This document shows positions 34,901 to 39,666 of a DNA stretch of 39,666 bases, in pieces. The notes under the pieces are model-generated. The model did not search any database. It was not told the DNA's origin and saw only the letters and a program-made list of their open reading frames with translations. Within the stretch, counting starts at the first letter, position 1. The number at the start of each line of letters is the position of its first letter. This stretch comes from Methylacidiphilum caldifontis (GTDB lineage Bacteria; Verrucomicrobiota; Verrucomicrobiia; Methylacidiphilales; CAMAQI01). The stretch is from the NCBI GenBank assembly GCA_945860255.1, contig CAMAQI010000002.1, positions 1-39,666 on the forward strand, in the 5' to 3' direction. A program made the translations under genes and the position numbers.

Positions 34901-35036
34901 ATTCCGTCATTTCTTTTTTAAATTGATCATATGGAATTCCGCTTGTCGGTGTTTGCTGTGAAAGTGCTTCTTCCAAAGCCATTAATTCACCCGAGCTAAA
35001 CGAATGCGTCTGAAAAGTGCCATTTTTTTCGTGCAT
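34836..35036 (-). CDS. Small antitoxin-like protein, convergent with and overlapping the ParE-like gene
   Basis: 66 aa with SSGELMALEEALSQ..GIPYDQFKKEMTEFI. Promoter reads TTGACG (35066-35071), 17 nt, TACAAT (35043-35048), 6 nt, ATG(35036). Confidence 0.5.
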   Translation of the reverse strand: MHEKNGTFQTHSFSSGELMALEEALSQQTPTSGIPYDQFKKEMTEFIAQGKRKYQNAERGDKKHKS

Positions 35037-35040
35037 ACGA

Positions 35041-35153
35041 GAATTGTAGTCGAAGGGCGTTTAGTCGTCAAATAATCAAGCCGGGTTTGTGTAATATTTT
35101 GCGTTTGGGAAAAAGTCGAGGAAGAGAGTAGTTCCGTCAGGGCTTGATTATGT
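35041..35153 (+). repeat. D-type repeat, copy 2 (with the promoter module shared with B repeats)
   Basis: attgtagtcg..agtcgtcaaat followed by stem 35072-35082 / 35141-35151. Confidence 0.85.
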
Positions 35154-35236
35154 TATGAATTGGCGGGGAGATTTACCCCTTATTTTCACTGATCTGCGCT
35201 TATAAAACCAGATTTGAACCTAGAGAAACCAGTTTG

Positions 35237-35264
35237 AACCACGGATATCACGGATCATACGGAT
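35237..35264 (+). repeat. Solo left arm of a C1-type element (C2)
   Basis: aaccacggatatcacggatcatacggat differs from the C1 left arm at 1 position. Confidence 0.8.
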
Positions 35265-35296
35265 TTTTAATGATTAAACCTAAATCCGGCAGTTGG

Positions 35297-35432
35297 AACC
35301 ACAGAATACACAGAACACACTGAATTTTAAGGGTTTATAAAAAACAAGGAATTCACCTGCAGGGTGAACGAAAAAGCCAACTCTTTTTTTTCATAACATT
35401 CTCTTTCTGTGTGTTTTGTGTATTCTGTGGTT
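35297..35432. repeat. 136-bp palindromic AACCAC element (C3), heptad variant
   Basis: aaccacagaatacacagaacacac ... gtgtgttttgtgtattctgtggtt. Internal hairpin ttcacc-tgcag-ggtgaa as in C1. Confidence 0.9.
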
Positions 35433-35454
35433 GATTCCGACTGTTTTTTTTAGG

Positions 35455-35766
35455 TTAAATTTCTCGAAATATCTCTACACGAAATTCGGAGACCGATTTC
35501 ATGAGAATACTATGCGGGCCTTTTTCAAGGCCTTCGGCCCTGATCTCGGTGAGAGTTGAATTAAATATTTCGTCGTTTTTAAATTCAAAAAGAGCGTGAT
35601 ATTCAGGGAGGGATGTTTTCGGCTTTTGAGAGGAATTTTTGAGAAGTCTTCCCCTGAGGATATACTCTTTTAATCTCAATTCTTCGAGAAATTCCTTAGC
35701 AGCTCCTAGACATGTACTTTCAGGAACATCTGGTTTGATCGAAAAAAAGACGTGATAGTGAATCAT
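35455..35766 (-). CDS. Hypothetical small protein (possibly ferredoxin-like alpha/beta fold)
   Basis: 103-aa ORF ending 9 nt upstream of mnmG on the same strand. No family recognised with confidence. Confidence 0.45.
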   Translation of the reverse strand: MIHYHVFFSIKPDVPESTCLGAAKEFLEELRLKEYILRGRLLKNSSQKPKTSLPEYHALFEFKNDEIFNSTLTEIRAEGLEKGPHSILMKSVSEFRVEIFREI

Positions 35767-35775
35767 CTCTTCGTC

Positions 35776-37674
35776 CTACACTGCGTCTCCGCGACTTTGC
35801 GCGAGATCTGTCTTTTCTTTCTGCGGCCCCCTCTGCGTCCAGACCATGACTAAACTGAGGTCGCTCGGATTCACGCCACTGATTCGACCGGCTTGCCCAA
35901 AGGTCCGAGGACGGATCTGTTTTAATTTTAATCGGGCCTCTTTTTTGAGGCCGGGGATCGTATCGTAATCCAACCAGTCGGGGATTCCCTTCTCTTCGGA
36001 GGATTTCATCTTTTCAATCTGAGCCATCTCGCGGGCGATGTAGCCGGAGTACTTGAATTCAGTTTCGAGTTGCACGGCGACCTCAGGATCGACCTGTTGA
36101 TACTCTTCTGGAAGATCTTTCCAAAAGAAGGTCGGGCGCTTGAGAAGCTCCGAGAGGCGGTCGTGGCCAATCTTCGCCGATTGCATTTGGGTGCGGAAGC
36201 GGTCGATGGTCGCGAGCTTTTGTTTGAAATGGGCGTAACGCTCTTCGGTGACAAGTCCGATCTCTTTTCCCCGCTCAGTCAATCGTTGATCGGCATTGTC
36301 TTGGCGGAGGAGGAGTCGGTATTCGGCCCGTGAGGTAAACATTCGATAGGGCTCCTGGGTTCCCTTCGTGACGAGGTCATCGATGAGAACTCCAATATAC
36401 GCCTCGTGACGGCCGAGGATAAAGGCCGGTTTCCCTTGGACTTGAAGGGCGGCATTAATTCCGGCCATCAATCCTTGACCGGCGGCCTCTTCATATCCCG
36501 AGGTTCCGTTAATCTGCCCTGCAAAGTAGAGCCCTTGGACCTTCTTCGTTTGGAGCGTTTGATAAAGCTGCGTTGGCGGACAGAAATCGTATTCGACGGC
36601 ATAACCGGGACGCATGATCTCTGCGTTTTCAAGACCTTCAATGGAGCGAATGAAATCGTATTGAACCTCAAAGGGGAGGGAGGTCGAGCAGCCCTGAAGA
36701 TAAATCTCATCGGTGTGTCGACCCTCTGGCTCAAGGAAAAGTTGATGACGATCCTTATCGGCAAACTTCACCACCTTATCCTCAATTGACGGGCAATAGC
36801 GGGGGCCAACCCCTTCGATGATCCCGCAGAACATTGGGGACTTATCAAGATTGGCTCGAATAATCGCATGCGTCTTGGCCGAAGTGTAAGTCACCCAACA
36901 AGGCATTTGTTCCACGTGGAACTTTCCCTCCCGATACTCGTTCAAGGTAAAGAGGTCCTCAGGCCCTTTCTTTAAGGTATGAACCATGTAGGAAAAGGCG
37001 GGGGGAGGGAAGTCACCCGGTTGAAGGGCGAGATTATTGAAATTGATGCTTTGCTTCAGGAGTCGCGGCGGGGTTCCGGTTTTGAGGCGTTCGACTTCGA
37101 ATCCAAGGCGTTTCAAGCATTCGGAGAATCCGCTGGAGCTGTCCCCCATGCGTCCTCCAGCCTGGTTTTGGAGGCCGACATGGAGGAGTCCACGCAAAAA
37201 GGTTCCGGTGGTTACAACGACCGATTTCGCCCGATAATGTACTCCTAAATTTGTTGTAACTCCTTGAATGACATCATCTTGTGTAATTAAATCGGCGATC
37301 TGACCCTGTTTGACATCGAGGTTTGGTTGGCGTTCGCAGGTGTATTTAACACGAAATTGGTAAGCCTTTTTATCGCATTGGGCGCGAGGTCCACGGACAC
37401 TGGGACCTTTCGAGGCGTTGAGCATTCGGAATTGGATTCCGGTGGCATCGGTGTTCATCGCCATTTCGCCGCCGAGGGCATCGATCTCGCGGACGAGATG
37501 ACCTTTGGCAAGACCGCCGATCGCGGGGTTGCAGGACATTTGACCGATGGTGTCGCAGTTCATCGTGAGCAGGAGCGTTTGCGCTCCCATGCGGGCAGCG
37601 GCGAGGGCGGCCTCGACTCCGGCGTGACCGGCACCGATGACGATGACGTCGTAAATTTTAGGATAAGTAAACAT
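35776..37674 (-). CDS. mnmG: tRNA uridine 5-carboxymethylaminomethyl modification enzyme MnmG (GidA)
   Basis: YDVIVIGAGHAGVEAALAAARMG FAD motif, GQMSCNPAIGGLAKGHLVREIDALGG, length 632 aa. Confidence 0.95.
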   Translation of the reverse strand: MFTYPKIYDVIVIGAGHAGVEAALAAARMGAQTLLLTMNCDTIGQMSCNPAIGGLAKGHLVREIDALGGEMAMNTDATGIQFRMLNASKGPSVRGPRAQCDKKAYQFRVKYTCERQPNLDVKQGQIADLITQDDVIQGVTTNLGVHYRAKSVVVTTGTFLRGLLHVGLQNQAGGRMGDSSSGFSECLKRLGFEVERLKTGTPPRLLKQSINFNNLALQPGDFPPPAFSYMVHTLKKGPEDLFTLNEYREGKFHVEQMPCWVTYTSAKTHAIIRANLDKSPMFCGIIEGVGPRYCPSIEDKVVKFADKDRHQLFLEPEGRHTDEIYLQGCSTSLPFEVQYDFIRSIEGLENAEIMRPGYAVEYDFCPPTQLYQTLQTKKVQGLYFAGQINGTSGYEEAAGQGLMAGINAALQVQGKPAFILGRHEAYIGVLIDDLVTKGTQEPYRMFTSRAEYRLLLRQDNADQRLTERGKEIGLVTEERYAHFKQKLATIDRFRTQMQSAKIGHDRLSELLKRPTFFWKDLPEEYQQVDPEVAVQLETEFKYSGYIAREMAQIEKMKSSEEKGIPDWLDYDTIPGLKKEARLKLKQIRPRTFGQAGRISGVNPSDLSLVMVWTQRGPQKEKTDLAQSRGDAV

Positions 37675-37719
37675 GGAAGATTGGAAGGATAAAGGATGAT
37701 AGGGAAAAAGTCGAAGAGA

Positions 37720-37909
37720 TTAACCGCAGAGGACGCCGAGTTTCGCAGAGGAATACAAATTTATTTTTACCCGAGAGGGCTCTAGCTTCATGCAAGGACT
37801 GACGGAGAAATACAACAGTCGCCGAGTTTTCAAATGTATTTTGGATTTCAAACAAAATCCTGGTGTCATTTGGTATTCCTTAGCGTTCCTCAGCGCCCTC
37901 TGCGGTTAA
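37720..37909. repeat. 190-bp palindromic TTAACC element (A4)
   Basis: ttaaccgcagaggacgccgagtttcgcagagg ... cttagcgttcctcagcgccctctgcggttaa. Confidence 0.85.
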
Positions 37910-38034
37910 CTTCTTTTTCTCCTCTTGTCGATGCAGACCTCAACGCCCACAGCTGAGGAATGAACATCACGATTTACGAAAAGGAAAAATCCACGGTATT
38001 GCCAAATGGTTCAGATGGTATTACCCTTGATTTC

Positions 38035-38277
38035 ATGAAAACCATCAGTCTCAAACTTCCTCCGGATTTGGAGAAGGAAATTCGCCACGCAGCGGATCGG
38101 CAGGGGGTTCCTCTTTCGGAATGGATTCGGGGAGCGATGGAGGAAAGGCTGAAAAAAGAGCCAAGAAAGAAACAAATGACGGCGGCAGATACGTTCGGAA
38201 AATATCTGGGGATCGCCGGGGATGGACCACATGATTTGTCCACCAATCCCAAACATATGGAAGGATTTGGAAAATGA
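38035..38277 (+). CDS. Ribbon-helix-helix (CopG-like) antitoxin
   Basis: MKTISLKLPPDLEKEIRHAADRQGVPLSEWIRGAMEERL. ATGA overlap with the PIN gene. Promoter reads TTGCCA, 17 nt, TACCCT, 7 nt, ATG. Confidence 0.75.
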   Translation: MKTISLKLPPDLEKEIRHAADRQGVPLSEWIRGAMEERLKKEPRKKQMTAADTFGKYLGIAGDGPHDLSTNPKHMEGFGK

Positions 38278-38693
38278 ACCTCGTGATGGATACGGGTCCC
38301 CTGGTTGCCATATTAAATCCTCGCGACCAATATCATTCGCAAATTGCGGCACTTCTTCCTTCATTGCCACAAACTTGGAAGACCTGCGAAGCGGTGATCA
38401 CAGAGGCTTTATTTCTTTTTCAAAATAATGCCAGGGCCGTTGAGGGTTTGGGAAAAATGCTTCGGGAATCTATTCTCGAACTCGACTATTCAGCGAATCA
38501 AGACCTTGAGGTGATTTTCCGAGAGATGAAATCTTATCAGAAACTTCCGATGTCCTTTGCGGATGCCTGTTTAGTCCGGATGATGGAGCGGGAGAAGAAC
38601 GCACGACTTTTTACCCTGGATCGGCATTTTGAGGTTTACCGGTATAAAGGGAGACGGTTGATCCCGAGGGTTGAGATCGGAAAGAAGAATTAA
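38274..38693 (+). CDS. vapC: PIN-domain toxin (VapC family)
   Basis: MNLVMDTGPLVAILNPRDQYH ... SFADACLVRMMEREKNARLFTLDRHF. Confidence 0.8.
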   Translation: MNLVMDTGPLVAILNPRDQYHSQIAALLPSLPQTWKTCEAVITEALFLFQNNARAVEGLGKMLRESILELDYSANQDLEVIFREMKSYQKLPMSFADACLVRMMEREKNARLFTLDRHFEVYRYKGRRLIPRVEIGKKN

Positions 38694-38897
38694 CTGCCAA
38701 AAATACAGGTTTCTCCCGCAGCGGCGCAGCGAGGCAGCGAAATACAAAAAGAGCGACTATGGGGATCAAAATTCTCTACGTAGGAAGATATTTATTCTTA
38801 AAACCACAGAAAATGACTTTGGACTTTATCCATTGGATCGGTTTTAAATCCATGTAAGTAAATAGCTTCTTGTCTTTAGCTGTATCGCTGCGGTTAA
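38690..38897. repeat. 208-bp palindromic TTAAC element (A5), heptad variant
   Basis: ttaactgcc..cccgcagcggcgcagcgaggcagcg ... agctgtatcgctgcggttaa. The PIN gene's TAA stop lies inside the left terminus. Confidence 0.75.
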
Positions 38898-38955
38898 GGA
38901 GCTTTCGTTTTCAATCTTGTCGAGGTAAGGGAGGGAGACTTAATATCAACGGGAG

Positions 38956-39663
38956 ATGGACGATTATTCTCCCAATCCTTTTCAACAAATGAAGCCGCCG
39001 CGAAATCCCTATCGTGCGCAGTTTCAGATATGGATGGATCTATATTATCGAAGAAAGCAGGCGGAGACGATTTACGGTGTTGAACATTTTTTCTTACTTT
39101 TCCTCTGTGTGGGATTAATGCTGATGCCTGCGATGGCGGTGCGAGCGATATCAGGAAGCTTCGGATTTTTGGCGAGGAAAATTGCTGTGGAGTGTTATGC
39201 GATTACAAAGCTTATGCTTCTTTGCGGAATTTTATTTTCCGGAAATTACCAATGTTTTGTTTATTTTCTTCTGACGATCTACTTACTTTGCGATCTTTAT
39301 TTGTATTTGTGTGGATTAGTTTTCTTGCGGCGATTTTATCAATCGACCGGCTCTCCGACCCGGTCACTACTCCTTTTGGGAGTGAACTTTTGTGAGCTTC
39401 TTGTTTCGTTTGCAATTTTCTATGGATATACCCAATCGATTTCAGGAACGAGCACTGTCTCGATCCCTTTATCCGATTCATGGAGTCTGCTTTATTTCAG
39501 TTGTGTTACTTCGGCTACTGTCGGTTATGGCGATTATATTCCCAATGGCGGGACGGGACAAAAATTGATCGTCTTTCAAATTCTCTCTTCGATCGCCTTT
39601 GCGTCAGTCTTTATTACATTCTTTGTCAATAACTTGAGTGTCCATGTGAACACGAAGAAATAG
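38956..39663 (+). CDS. Two-TM-pore potassium channel family protein
   Basis: Selectivity filter TSATVGYGDYIP flanked by TM helices. Additional N-terminal TM segments. Confidence 0.85.
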   Translation: MDDYSPNPFQQMKPPRNPYRAQFQIWMDLYYRRKQAETIYGVEHFFLLFLCVGLMLMPAMAVRAISGSFGFLARKIAVECYAITKLMLLCGILFSGNYQCFVYFLLTIYLLCDLYLYLCGLVFLRRFYQSTGSPTRSLLLLGVNFCELLVSFAIFYGYTQSISGTSTVSIPLSDSWSLLYFSCVTSATVGYGDYIPNGGTGQKLIVFQILSSIAFASVFITFFVNNLSVHVNTKK

Positions 39664-39666
39664 ATC

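Noticed and set aside
31234-35454. CRISPR array among the repeats
   Set aside because: The repeats are 85-275 bp, belong to different families, are irregularly spaced and are separated by protein-coding TA genes. There are no short direct repeats with uniform spacers and no cas genes.

Overview
Bacterial chromosomal window in which three housekeeping anchors (dnaN 15170-16264, lpxK 25456-26676, mnmG/gidA 35776-37674) are interleaved with a lot of accessory DNA. Gene content (GH43 xylosidase, secreted serpin, SIMPL lipoprotein, many starts without a Shine-Dalgarno) is loosely PVC-group-like, but taxonomy cannot be established from this window. Main blocks: (i) 3.0-15.2 kb is a defence-island-like stretch. 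It holds a ParE/Phd TA pair, an ABC-type ATPase fused to a Toprim/DUF4435-like C-terminus directly downstream of an SNF2-SWIM helicase, a DUF4143 AAA ATPase and a Fic enzyme. It also holds a 3.2-kb AT-rich insert bounded by a perfect 23-bp inverted repeat, which carries a 640-aa ParB-like orphan plus two small paralogous ORFs. (ii) 18.8-25.2 kb is a glycosylation-type cluster (two CgeB-like GTs, a GT2, a SAM methyltransferase) with an embedded secreted serpin and a solitary FlgC-like rod gene. (iii) A membrane operon encodes a fatty-acid hydroxylase, a 163-aa protein and an HTTM-like protein. (iv) There are eight type II toxin-antitoxin modules. Five are packed into 31.2-35.5 kb, with structured repeats lying between neighbouring modules. 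(v) A pervasive family of AACC/TTAACC-terminated palindromic repeats has arms built from three helically phased heptamers. These repeats bracket TA cassettes and sit at gene 3' ends. I recognised no rRNA, tRNA, CRISPR array, transposase or integrase. All functional calls rest on motif-level recognition of the translated ORFs. No database search was possible.
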